Positions 16,211 to 25,612 of a DNA stretch of 27,525 bases are shown piece by piece (position 1 is the stretch's first letter; each line of letters starts with the position of its first letter). A program made the position numbers and the translations under genes. Origin of the DNA: Candidatus Aenigmatarchaeota archaeon (GTDB lineage Archaea > Aenigmatarchaeota > Aenigmatarchaeia > QMZP01); NCBI GenBank assembly GCA_039091855.1, contig JAWCLA010000008.1, forward strand, positions 320 to 27,844. Reading direction: 5' to 3'. A model generated the notes under the pieces. That model did no database searches. It worked only from the letters and a program-made list of their open reading frames with translations, and was not told the DNA's origin.

Positions 16211-16867
16211 ATGGCAAATGGGCGTGCTGGATTCCGTTGGCTTGCACTTTACCTGACAGGGATTTGCATCGTGGTTTTTGTCCTTTCCCAGGCATTTCCT
16301 GAAATGCTTTACGGAAATTTCGTTCTGGAAAGGGAGTCATTCAACCAAAAGCCTTGGACATTCCTGACTCACATTTTCTTGCATATAGACATTAAACACC
16401 TGTATTTCAATATGTTCGCTCTTGCTGTTTTTGGCACGATGTTTGAAAGGCAGGCGGGCTCAAGAAGGTTTCTGCCGGTTTTTATTCTTGGCGGAATGTT
16501 CTCAGCTGCTGTCGGGCTTTTCTTCTATTCCTCTCTTCTTGGCTCATCAGGGGCCATATTTTCTTTACTTGGATGCTATGCTGTATTCAGGCCGAAGTCT
16601 GTGGTTTGGGTTTTGGGCGTCCCAATGTATGTGATAGTTGCCCTTTTTGTTTGGGCTTTCGTTGACCTTCTCGGGATTTTTGCTGTTGACAACACGGCAC
16701 ATGTTGCGCATCTTGGGGGAATGCTCTTTGGTGTTTTTTGCGGGCTTTACCTGAGAAAGCTCATACCTGAACAAAAGGCGGGGAGAAAAAAGCCCGCGCT
16801 CACGGAAAGGGAGTTGGAAGAGTGGGAGAGAAAATATATGGAATTAAAGGTAGCCGTGCCTTTTTAG
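16211..16867 (+). CDS. Rhomboid intramembrane serine protease
   Basis: HLYFNM, GSSG catalytic Ser, AHVAHLGG catalytic His. Confidence 0.92.
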   Translation: MANGRAGFRWLALYLTGICIVVFVLSQAFPEMLYGNFVLERESFNQKPWTFLTHIFLHIDIKHLYFNMFALAVFGTMFERQAGSRRFLPVFILGGMFSAAVGLFFYSSLLGSSGAIFSLLGCYAVFRPKSVVWVLGVPMYVIVALFVWAFVDLLGIFAVDNTAHVAHLGGMLFGVFCGLYLRKLIPEQKAGRKKPALTERELEEWERKYMELKVAVPF

Positions 16868-17365
16868 GATTGCCTGAGAAGTATGAGGAAGATGTCCCAA
16901 AAATCCCCTTTGGCTTTTTACAGATTTTTTCAGCCACTCTTCGTTTTCTTCTATCCAGCCTTCTGTATAGTCCCTAAGGAAATCCTCTCCCATCACCGAA
17001 ACCGCCCTGAATTCCATAAGAGTTGCCTTTACGCAGTCTCCTGTATATGCTTCGACACATTCGTGGAAGGCCTTGTGCCTGCGGAACCTTTTTTCTATTC
17101 GCTCGGGGACAAAAATGTAAAACGGTTCTGAGTAAACGAAATGTCCTCTCCAGAAAACGCTTTTTCCTGTGACGGTGAATGGGAGGTGCTTTCCGTTCTT
17201 TCTCCGGAATTTTTCAGGAATTTCAGAACTCCCCAGTACGGCATATTCATGCTCTTCAAAAGGAAGTATTTCTATTTTTTCTGTCCTGCCATTCTTTTTT
17301 GATTCTGAAAAAATCTCCCTGCAAATCTCATACAAACTTAACATCTCACCTTGCAAATCTTCCAT
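16844..17365 (-). CDS. Hypothetical protein with HExxE motif
   Basis: 173-aa ORF containing HKAFHECVEAY. Confidence 0.6.
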   Translation of the reverse strand: MEDLQGEMLSLYEICREIFSESKKNGRTEKIEILPFEEHEYAVLGSSEIPEKFRRKNGKHLPFTVTGKSVFWRGHFVYSEPFYIFVPERIEKRFRRHKAFHECVEAYTGDCVKATLMEFRAVSVMGEDFLRDYTEGWIEENEEWLKKSVKSQRGFLGHLPHTSQAILKRHGYL

Positions 17366-17616
17366 AAAATCTAAATATGTTTGGCGTAAAAGAATTTAAG
17401 AATATTTTCAGCCGGTTTTAACAACTTAATTATGGAAAACTCTTAATTTGGAAGCGCTTTCAATCCTGAATGTGTGTGACATCAAATCTTGCAACTTATG
17501 GGTCAACCTTTGGCCTTTGCTCAAATTCCAGATTTAAGTTGGCAAAGCCTTTAAGCATAAGGTTCAGAGATATTAACCCAGTTAACAAATAATAATAAAT
17601 TCTAAGAGGGTTTGTA

Positions 17617-18369
17617 ATGGCTGAGGGAGAAATTCTCGGGTGGATAATATTCGGGATAGGTTTTGGCATATTATCATTTATTACTGGGCTGAAAACGCTT
17701 TTCCTTAAGAGGATGATAGAAAACATCCCAACCTCAAAGGTTAGATCAATAGCAATGGGACTCGTAGAGATTTATGGCCAAGTAGTTCCCATAAAGTTGC
17801 TCAAGTCCCCGTTTTCCGGAAAGGACTGTGTTTACTACAAGTACAAGATAGAGGAGATGAGAGGCAGCGGTAAGAACAGAAATTGGACAACAGTCAAATG
17901 TGAAGAAAAATGTGAACCATTTTATATCAAAGATGAGACAGGTGCTGTTCTTGTTGACTGCACAGGCGCAAATGTGGATATAAACTATGACAGCAGATTC
18001 GAGTCAAGAATGGGAAAGGACCCTCCGTCTCAAGTGGTTTCCTTCCTTAAAGCGCACAAGCTTTCACATGAGGATTTTCTTGGCATAAACAAGCATATGA
18101 GATATACAGAGTGGTTCATAGGGCCTGGTGAAAAAATCTACATTCTCGGCACGGCAACGGACAACCCAAACGTCAAGCTTTCGTCAAAAGGAACGGAAAA
18201 CATAATAATAAAGAGGGGAGAGAACGAGAAAATATTCTATGTTTCGGACAAATCCGAAAAGGAGATTCTCTCCTCTCTTGGATGGAAGGTGATAGTTGGG
18301 GTTTTTGGTGGCGCAATATTGACTGTTGTTTGCCTGGGTTTTCTGATTTTATATTTGCAGAATATGTGA
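17617..18369 (+). CDS. GIDE-domain membrane protein, LemA-associated
   Basis: N- and C-terminal TM helices, IENIPTSKVRSIAMGLVE, PFSGKDCVYY, FYIKDETG. Confidence 0.8.
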   Translation: MAEGEILGWIIFGIGFGILSFITGLKTLFLKRMIENIPTSKVRSIAMGLVEIYGQVVPIKLLKSPFSGKDCVYYKYKIEEMRGSGKNRNWTTVKCEEKCEPFYIKDETGAVLVDCTGANVDINYDSRFESRMGKDPPSQVVSFLKAHKLSHEDFLGINKHMRYTEWFIGPGEKIYILGTATDNPNVKLSSKGTENIIIKRGENEKIFYVSDKSEKEILSSLGWKVIVGVFGGAILTVVCLGFLILYLQNM

Positions 18370-18412
18370 AGTTAACTTTTTATACCAGGAACTCCAAAAT
18401 TAATGTGATAAG

Positions 18413-18997
18413 ATGGCATTTGAGATATGGCTGATAGTTGGCGTGTTCTTCCTTCTGCTACTCATAGCTTTCATAGTTTATTTCATAGCGGTGTTCAATG
18501 GGCTCGTGAGGCTGAAGAACAACATAAAAAAGGCAATGGCGAACATAGATGTCTTGCTTAAGCAGAGGACGGACGAATTGACAAAGCTTATTGAAACCGT
18601 TAAGGGCTACGCAAGGTTTGAGAGAAGGGTTTTGAACGAGATCACGAGGGCAAGGACTGCGTTTTTGGAGGCAAAAACTCTTCCGGAGAAGGCGAGGGCA
18701 TCGGACCAGATATCGGCAGCCCTGAAGAACCTGTTCGCAGTGGCTGAAAACTATCCCAAGCTGACTGCCAGCGAGAACTTCAGGCAGCTTCAGGAAAGGA
18801 TATCGGGGCTCGAGAACGAGATTGCTGACAGGAGGGAGTTCTACAACGATTCTGTCAATACCTACAACATCAGGATACAGCAGATACCGGACAGGTTCAT
18901 AGCGGCAATTCTCGGCTACCAGCCGGAAGTCCTCTTCAAGGCAGAGGAATCTGAGAAAAGGGATGTGAAGGTCGACTTCTCGGACATAGTGAAATGA
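18413..18997 (+). CDS. lemA: LemA family protein
   Basis: FNGLVRLKN, IDVLLKQR, AVAENYPKL, RREFYND. Confidence 0.93.
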   Translation: MAFEIWLIVGVFFLLLLIAFIVYFIAVFNGLVRLKNNIKKAMANIDVLLKQRTDELTKLIETVKGYARFERRVLNEITRARTAFLEAKTLPEKARASDQISAALKNLFAVAENYPKLTASENFRQLQERISGLENEIADRREFYNDSVNTYNIRIQQIPDRFIAAILGYQPEVLFKAEESEKRDVKVDFSDIVK

Positions 18998-19339
18998 TTA
19001 GTCCCTGTTGTCATATTCTGAGAAAACAGAAATCTCTTCCAGCAGATCGCTTGCTATCTCATCTGCCACCCTTTCTGGCTCGGGAAATCCCATATCCCTT
19101 ATTTTTTGTATGAGAGCATCCCTGTTATGGGAAGACTCTATTAGATTTTTGATTATTTCTGCCTCTCTCGAATATTCATAAATAACTGATGAAATCCCGT
19201 AAACGCACCTTGAGCAGAAATTGATAACCTGTTCGCTAACAAAACTGTCTGAAAGAGAGAGATAGCCCATCCTCTCCGTGTATGCCTCTATCTCCTCGCA
19301 CACAGGGCAGTTTTCACTGCACTCTTTGGGGAATCTCAT
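18998..19339 (-). CDS. Hypothetical Cys-containing protein
   Basis: 113-aa ORF with CxxxCxxC and CxxC. Confidence 0.6.
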   Translation of the reverse strand: MRFPKECSENCPVCEEIEAYTERMGYLSLSDSFVSEQVINFCSRCVYGISSVIYEYSREAEIIKNLIESSHNRDALIQKIRDMGFPEPERVADEIASDLLEEISVFSEYDNRD

Positions 19340-19413
19340 AAGTCAGTTATGTCCTGAAAAAAATTAAAACCTTTATTAAAACCAAAATAAGAAATATTAT
19401 TGGAGGTGCTGAT

Positions 19414-19461
19414 ATGCCAAAGAAGAAGGCAAAGAAGAAATCTTCCGGGTGCTGCCAGTAG
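19414..19461 (+). CDS. Putative 15-aa basic micropeptide MPKKKAKKKSSGCCQ
   Basis: GGAGGTG SD at 19402-19408, upstream TATA-like TTTATTAAA, downstream hairpin and T-run. Confidence 0.5.
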   Translation: MPKKKAKKKSSGCCQ

Positions 19462-19511
19462 GCATCCGGTTTTTGATTTTTTCAAGTATCAAATAGAAAC
19501 CTGTTTTTAGT

Positions 19512-19759
19512 TCAGATTGTATACACAATGAGAATTGCTGCTGTAACAATTAACATTAGCAAAGACCAGAAAAGAGGGCTACGGCAGACTTTTGATTTTT
19601 TCATATCTTTTGCACCGAATAACCCATTAAAACCTATATGGGCCCGTACTGTGAAACAAAATCTAGCTGGATATCAAGAACATTTTTTGATATGACACCA
19701 AGCGCTAAAATACAAAAAGCTGTTAACAAGGAAAGTTTTATATCATTTGATAGTTTCAT
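19512..19759 (-). pseudogene. Decayed small membrane protein gene
   Basis: MKLSNDIKLSLLTAFCILALGVI...QYGPI*VLMGY, then a frameshift to ...SPLFWSLLMLIVTAAILIVYTI*. Confidence 0.5.
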
Positions 19760-19811
19760 AGCAGGATTTATGATAAACAGATATAAAAATGGAGCTCAAA
19801 ACAAGAATCAA

Positions 19812-20759
19812 CTAGAACATCCTGAAAACCTGTTTTGGCGGCTCCCTCAGCAGTATTGTTAAAATGGCTTTTTGCACGTGGAGCCTGTTTTCTGCCTGGT
19901 CAAAACCAACGAAATTCATACCGTCCATAACCTCGTCTGTTATCTCCCTCCCCCTGTGTGCAGGAAGGCAGTGCATCACAAGGCAGTCCTTTCTTGCGAG
20001 AGAGAGGACTTCCGAATTCACCTGATATGGCCTCAGTTCCTTTACCCTTTTCCTTTCCTGCTCCTCCTCCCCCATGCTCACCCAGGTGTCGGTGTATATT
20101 ATGTCGGCATTGTTTGCGGCCTGCTTGACTGTCGGGACAATCTTGAAAGTTCCCCAGAAAAGCCTCGCGTTTTCCTGCGCCTTTCTTAAAATCTCTTTGT
20201 CGGGGGAGTATCTTTCAGGGCACGCCATATAGAAATCCATACCCAATTTTGTGCAGGCAAGCATAAGGGAATGTGCAACATTGCTTCCGCCGTCCCCAAT
20301 GTATGCGAACTTCAGGCCCTTGAGGGGCTTTTTCCTCTCCCTTATAGTGTAGATGTCTGCAAGCGCCTGGCAGGGATGCTCAAGCCCTGAAAGCCCGTTT
20401 ATCACAGGGATTTTTGAGTTTTCCGCAAGCTCCTGAATGTCAATGTGCCTGAAAACCCTTGCAACTATACCGTCAACATATCTTTCCAATGTCTTTGCCG
20501 TGTCCTTTATTGACTCGCCTCTTCCCAGTTGGGTTTCGTTCCAGTTCATATAAATCGTGCTTCCGCCGAGCTGCCTCATAGCTACCTCAAAAGAAACCCT
20601 TGTCCTTGTGGATGGCTTCTCAAAAATCATCGCAAGGATTTTTCCCTTCAGGAGACTCTCGAACCTTTTCCTGTCCTTTCTCAGCTCGTCTGCCCTCCTG
20701 AATATTATCTGCATCTCCTCTACCGTGAGATCGGCTATTGAAAGCAAGTCCTTGTTCAC
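19812..20759 (-). CDS. argF: Ornithine carbamoyltransferase
   Basis: FEKPSTRT, HPCQALAD, YTDTWVSMG, HCLP, QAENRLH. Confidence 0.95.
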   Translation of the reverse strand: MNKDLLSIADLTVEEMQIIFRRADELRKDRKRFESLLKGKILAMIFEKPSTRTRVSFEVAMRQLGGSTIYMNWNETQLGRGESIKDTAKTLERYVDGIVARVFRHIDIQELAENSKIPVINGLSGLEHPCQALADIYTIRERKKPLKGLKFAYIGDGGSNVAHSLMLACTKLGMDFYMACPERYSPDKEILRKAQENARLFWGTFKIVPTVKQAANNADIIYTDTWVSMGEEEQERKRVKELRPYQVNSEVLSLARKDCLVMHCLPAHRGREITDEVMDGMNFVGFDQAENRLHVQKAILTILLREPPKQVFRMF

Positions 20760-20812
20760 AGAACCACTTATAGAATTATTTGCTTATGGTATAATAAATC
20801 AATAAGGACAGG

Positions 20813-21595
20813 TTATTTCTTACCCCTTACAGCCTCTATCACTTCCCTGAACTTTTTCTCGTCCGTTTCCGCAAGCGTTCCGGTAACTATTATGTCTGCC
20901 CCTGCATTAACCTTTTCCCTCGCTGTCTTGCCGTCCCTTATGCCGCCGCCAACTATAAGGAGCATTTCAGGTGATATGCTTTCCTTTACCATTTTTATCA
21001 TTTCATTGGGTATTGTGTATTTTGCCCCTGAGCCAGCCTCCAGATAAACGAACCTCATCCCGAAGTATTTGGCTGCGAGTGCATAACCGACCGCAAACTC
21101 CGGCTTCTCCCTTGGCAGGGGCCTGACATCCCCAACCCAGGCAGCGCTTGTTGTCTCCCCTGAGTCAACTATCAGGTATGCCATAGGAAGCGGCTCAAGC
21201 CTGTAATTCTTCACAAGGATGGAACCCTTCATCTGCTCCTCTATCAGGTATTGGGGAGATTTTGAATTGAGTAATGACATAAAGAAAACGGCGTCAGCAT
21301 AGGCTGAAATTCCGGAGTGGTCAGAAGGGAAAAGTATCACAGGAAGGTCAACCCTCTTTTTTATCTCCTTTATGCATTCGTCAAGGTAGATTGCCTGTGT
21401 TGGGTGGGAGCCTCCAACCATTATAGCGTCCGTGCCGAACCTTTTTGCCCTCTCCGCTATCTCCCCTGCCTTCTCAGGCATCTGCTTGTCTGGGTCTATG
21501 AGGGTGAAGTGAAGTGCGTGGCCCTTCCTCTTCTTCTTTATGTACTTGAAAACGCGCGGCTTCTTTTTCCTCTTTATGTATCTTAGAATTTCCAT
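20813..21595 (-). CDS. Geranylgeranylglyceryl phosphate synthase
   Basis: LIDPDK, IMVGGS, FMSLLNS, YLEAGSGA, VGGGIR; ATG 21595 chosen. Confidence 0.92.
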   Translation of the reverse strand: MEILRYIKRKKKPRVFKYIKKKRKGHALHFTLIDPDKQMPEKAGEIAERAKRFGTDAIMVGGSHPTQAIYLDECIKEIKKRVDLPVILFPSDHSGISAYADAVFFMSLLNSKSPQYLIEEQMKGSILVKNYRLEPLPMAYLIVDSGETTSAAWVGDVRPLPREKPEFAVGYALAAKYFGMRFVYLEAGSGAKYTIPNEMIKMVKESISPEMLLIVGGGIRDGKTAREKVNAGADIIVTGTLAETDEKKFREVIEAVRGKK

Positions 21596-21656
21596 TCTAT
21601 CACAAAAAAATTTGCCAATTGGCTTTATATTTGAATTCCTTTTATATAGGTTTCTA

Positions 21657-22685
21657 TCAGCACACCCCTGTGTCTTTACAGGCCTTCTCAACCATTTTTG
21701 CGTCAACGTCCCGCTCGTTCAGGATTGTGTACCTGTCCCTGTAGTTTTTTGCCTTTAACACTGCATTTATGAACTTCTGCCTTTTTACTCCTATTTCTTT
21801 TGCTGTCACAGGTGCGCCTGCATCCTTGAGGGCCGTTCTTATCCTCCACCAGTCCTGTCCCTGAAGGCAGGCTGTTACTATTGATGCGACTCCGCACTGC
21901 TCGCCGCGAAGGGCCTTTGAGCCCATTGATTCAAGCACGTGGGATATGGAATGCTCTGCGCCTGAAGCAGGCCTTGATGAACCCGCTATTCCCATAGCAA
22001 TTCCCGAGGCTATCAAAGCCTGCATAAGGTTTCTTACGCCCCTTTCATTGCATTTTTTTATGAGCGAAGCCGACCTCATCGCTTTCCTTGCTGCAAAAAG
22101 CGCAATCTCTGCCGCTGACTCTGAATAGTATTCTCCTTTTTTCCTCGCGAGCTTCCAGTCATATACAGATGTTATGTTCGAGACAACATCGGCAAAACCA
22201 GATGCTGTCATCCTTTTAGGTGCCTTTGTGAGGATTTCGGTGTCCGCTATTATCGCAAGGGGAACTCTTGTAGGCAAAGATACCTTTTTTCTCCCATCCT
22301 TCAGGCTTGCGTTTCCAGAAACTATGCCATCGTGGGATGGAGCGGTTGGAACGCATATGAAATCTGCCCTTTTTTTGATGGCAACGACCTTACCTACGTC
22401 TATCACAGAGCCTCCACCAACGGATATGACAGCGTCTATCGGGCCGCATCTCCTTGCTATCCTTTCGGATTCCTGAACGCTGGCTTCCTTTATTATTTCC
22501 ATCCTTGAGTCCAGGTTTTCCAGCTCCTGAAAAATCCTCTCCCCCGCTATATCTCTTGTGATGGAATCGGCAAGAATAAGCGGTCTTCCAAGAATCCTCA
22601 GTTCCCTGCACAGCCCCAGAACATTCTTTGACGCTCCCCTGCCGAGAATTATCTTTCTTGGAAGTTCTATAGGGTGTGGGTCCAT
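21657..22685 (-). CDS. egsA: sn-glycerol-1-phosphate dehydrogenase
   Basis: GGGSVIDVGK, PTAPSHDGI, SSRPASGAEH, GEQCG, RDRYTIL. Confidence 0.92.
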   Translation of the reverse strand: MDPHPIELPRKIILGRGASKNVLGLCRELRILGRPLILADSITRDIAGERIFQELENLDSRMEIIKEASVQESERIARRCGPIDAVISVGGGSVIDVGKVVAIKKRADFICVPTAPSHDGIVSGNASLKDGRKKVSLPTRVPLAIIADTEILTKAPKRMTASGFADVVSNITSVYDWKLARKKGEYYSESAAEIALFAARKAMRSASLIKKCNERGVRNLMQALIASGIAMGIAGSSRPASGAEHSISHVLESMGSKALRGEQCGVASIVTACLQGQDWWRIRTALKDAGAPVTAKEIGVKRQKFINAVLKAKNYRDRYTILNERDVDAKMVEKACKDTGVC

Positions 22686-22911
22686 AATATAAATTGGTTT
22701 TGGGAATATAAATTGGGTTGCAGAGATTTTAAGGAATTAACACTGAAAGTAGGGATGCGAGATTAAAGCCAATAAAATGTAGACAACTGTCTGCTGGCAC
22801 CATCAGCCTTTCAAAAATTTTATTATTGTCCTGTGGGGAGTCTATATACTACTCTATTTATTATTCTGATTGATTACTTATTTTAATCTATTGTTTGGCA
22901 ATTCCCCAAAC

Positions 22912-23103
22912 CTAATCCCCTAATGGATATTGCATCATTTCCGTTAATTTTTTATCCCTGTAGTTGCAATGCCCATTGTATTCAGCGCATCCCGGCCTAA
23001 GAAAAACAAGGCAGTAGTGCACTTCCGCAGGAACAACTTCAAGCTTAAGCGGGCATTCGCCGTTTTGCCATATCATTTCCGAAATCGAAAGTTCGTTTTT
23101 CAT
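22912..23103 (-). CDS. 63-aa Cys-containing hypothetical protein
   Basis: GGAGGT SD 6 nt before ATG; four Cys. Confidence 0.6.
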   Translation of the reverse strand: MKNELSISEMIWQNGECPLKLEVVPAEVHYCLVFLRPGCAEYNGHCNYRDKKLTEMMQYPLGD

Positions 23104-23129
23104 GTTCTTACCTCCAATTTTTTAAGCAG

Positions 23130-23290
23130 TCCGGCATAGTGATATCTGGGGTAAGTCCCAAACAAATCAGAAAAAGCTCACCCCAGCAGAAGACCTTTGA
23201 TTAACAGGACTTGCCTGTCTTCTTTGTTGTCTTCTTAGCCTTGAATGAAATTGGTAGCAAAAACTTCAAATCCCATCCAAAGCTGCCGGA
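23130..23290 (-). ncRNA. Candidate structured RNA or long 5' leader
   Basis: Closing stem TCCGGCA/TGCCGGA encloses CTGGGGTGAG/CTTACCCCAG and AGAAGAC/GTCTTCT stems; family not recognised. Confidence 0.35.
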
Positions 23291-23351
23291 GCGCATAATA
23301 ATATTTATTTTAAACAGATTTAAATAATTCAGTCAAGCAATCATAGTGGAC

Positions 23352-23512
23352 AGCCCCGTCGTCTAGTGGTCAAGGATAGCAGGCTCTGGGCAATAGGGAG
23401 GTACCTGCGGACAGCGGTTCGAAACAAAGCCTTTTTTGAAAAAAGGCTTTGGGATCCAAAAACCTTTACCTGAATTGGTTAAATTGGATATATGAAAATC
23501 CGCTCGGGGCTA
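23352..23512 (+). tRNA. tRNA-Gln(CTG) with two introns (23390-23402 at 37/38; 23424-23498 at 59/60)
   Basis: Acceptor AGCCCCG/CGGGGCT, anticodon stem GCAGG/CCTGC with CTG, T stem AGCGG/CCGCT; both junctions form relaxed bulge-helix-bulge motifs; CCA not encoded. Confidence 0.9.
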
Positions 23513-23572
23513 TAAGAATATCAAAAAGATATTTAAGTCGCTATTTTAATTAGATAAAAATTTGGTGGTTCG

Positions 23573-24178
23573 GTGGAAGCGCAAGGCAATAAAAGGAATG
23601 TGATTGGTGGGGTTGTTTTGGCAGCAAGCTTTGTGTTTTTTATTGCTGCTGCTTATATTTTTTCCACTTAAATAACAGGAAATGTGGTAGCAAATAACAA
23701 TGCGACTGAAAACGTCAAAAAAATCTACGAGCTGCTGACTGAAAGGGGCGTTGAGATAGTGAGCGTCAAGGAGGAGAGCGGGCTTTACAAGATACTAATA
23801 AAGACAACTGACTATCAGGGAAGGTTGAATGTTCAGGAGGCTTTCATCACAAAGGACGGGAAGTTCGTGACAGACAAGATGATTCTTGCAGAAGACTACA
23901 TAAAATCACTTGAAAGCGAGAGGGATTTTGTGAACTGCCTTAGTCAGAAGGGCTTGGTTGTGGCAGGACTTTCCAGCAACAACTACACTATATTGCAGCT
24001 CAGTGTCCTCGGCAACTACTGGTACAAGATTTACCTTGATTGCGAAGCGAACATAGAGAAATGTCAAGATCTTGGGGTAAAGGGCGTGCCTTCCGTAATA
24101 TATAACCAGTCTGTTTATGAAGGCGTGAGACCTGTCACCTTCTTTGAAAACCTGACAGGCTGCTTAAGGAAATTATGA
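23573..24178 (+). pseudogene. Membrane-anchored thioredoxin-fold-like protein with in-frame TAA at 23669-23671
   Basis: GTG 23573 frame gives TM VIGGVVLAASFVFFIAAAYIFST*ITGNVVA, continuing into ORF 23684-24178 (CQDLGVKGVPS, YEGVR). Confidence 0.65.
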
Positions 24179-24762
24179 GATACGAGCCAAAAATATTTGA
24201 TCATCTTATCGGAATGCAAGGGTTTTCAGAAACCTTGCTTACAAACCATTTTGCCCTCTATCAGGGCTATGTGGCAAATGTAAACAAAATTCTTGATTCG
24301 CTGAGCCTTTTGGTGAGAGAGGGGAAGTCAGGAACTCCTGAATATGCAGAACTCAAAAGGAGGCTTGGCTGGGAGTTCAACGGGATGAGGCTCCACGAGA
24401 TTTATTTCGAGAACCTTTCAAAAAACCCGAAAAACATTGACAAAAACTCCGAATTATGCAGGAAGATTGAGCAGGATTTCGGCTCATTTGGGGAATGGGA
24501 AAGGGATTTCAGGGCAACAGGAAGTATGAGGGGGATTGGGTGGGTTGTCCTTTATTACGACCCTTATGGCAAAAGGCTCTTCAATGTCTGGATAAACGAG
24601 CATGACGTTGGGCACTTCCCTGGATGCGTTCCTGTTATTGTGATGGACGTTTTTGAGCACGCATACATAATTGACTACGGACTGAGAAAGGCGGACTACA
24701 TAGAGGCTTTCTTCCGAAATTTGGAATGGAAGGTTTGCGAGGAAAGGTTTGGGAAAGCGTAA
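24175..24762 (+). CDS. sod: Fe/Mn superoxide dismutase
   Basis: NHFALYQGYV, NGMRLHEIYF, GIGWV, DVFEHAY. Confidence 0.93.
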   Translation: MRYEPKIFDHLIGMQGFSETLLTNHFALYQGYVANVNKILDSLSLLVREGKSGTPEYAELKRRLGWEFNGMRLHEIYFENLSKNPKNIDKNSELCRKIEQDFGSFGEWERDFRATGSMRGIGWVVLYYDPYGKRLFNVWINEHDVGHFPGCVPVIVMDVFEHAYIIDYGLRKADYIEAFFRNLEWKVCEERFGKA

Positions 24763-24776
24763 ATTGAGAATGCATT

Positions 24777-25337
24777 CTAAAATTTTGGATTTTCAGGATT
24801 CATCTGTCTTTTTCTCAAGGCTTCCAGAATTCTCTCCACAACCTCTCTTTTTGATAGATGGGTCGTGTCTATTACAAGGTCATAATGCCTCATATCTGTT
24901 ATGTCAATATTGTAGTATTTTTTGTATCTCAGCCTGTCGCTCCTCGCCCTTCTGACAATGGATTTTTCAGCCTCCCTGATCGAACCGAACCTCTCGCTCT
25001 TTCTCCTTTCCCTGAATATCCTTTCCACCCTGACCTTGAGTCTTGCGCAAAGGTAAACCTTGAAGGAGTTGGGGATGAAGTGGAAGCCAAGCCTGCAGTC
25101 AATCACAAGGTTTCCGCCTTTTTTCCCAAGTTTTTCAAGAAACCTGTCCGCCTCCTTGTCTGTCCAATCCTCCTTTTCTCCTATCTTGTTAAGCTGTGGA
25201 AGGGTTAGACCGTGCCTTCTTGCTATCTCCCTCCTTATTTCTCCTATTGAATAATGCCTGAACCCGAGGCGCCTTGCGAGCATTTTTGCAGTGGTTGACT
25301 TCCCCGAGCCTTCCTGTCCGTGGATTGTGACAATCAT
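24777..25337 (-). CDS. cmk: Archaeal-type cytidylate kinase
   Basis: GQEGSGKST, IRREIAR, RYKKYYNIDI, YDLVIDT. Confidence 0.9.
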   Translation of the reverse strand: MIVTIHGQEGSGKSTTAKMLARRLGFRHYSIGEIRREIARRHGLTLPQLNKIGEKEDWTDKEADRFLEKLGKKGGNLVIDCRLGFHFIPNSFKVYLCARLKVRVERIFRERRKSERFGSIREAEKSIVRRARSDRLRYKKYYNIDITDMRHYDLVIDTTHLSKREVVERILEALRKRQMNPENPKF

Positions 25338-25451
25338 AATTGTTATTTTGTGCCTGAATTAATAAGGAATCATTAGGTTTGGTAGCAGTATGCTGCCTTA
25401 TTCTGACTGAAGCAGGAAGGATTTAAGCCCCCATTACATAATAATTTACAT

Positions 25452-25590
25452 ATGGGCATAGAGGAAATAAGGCGAAAGGAAACAGATGCATTGAAATCCC
25501 CTTCTATTCAAGTTTTGCCTTCAAGCAAGCGCCCCTGCAGGATGAAGGCGACAGGCTTCGAGGTAGAGGACGGATGAGCTTTTTCTGGTG
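25452..25590 (+). pseudogene. Truncated paralogue of the 5' end of the pilin-like gene at 26963
   Basis: ...RMKATGFEVEDG* versus RKGIGFEVEEMM; 17-bp and 14-bp exact matches to 27038-27054 and 27063-27076. Confidence 0.65.
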
Positions 25591-25612
25591 CTTTGAACAG
25601 GGGAATATTGCT

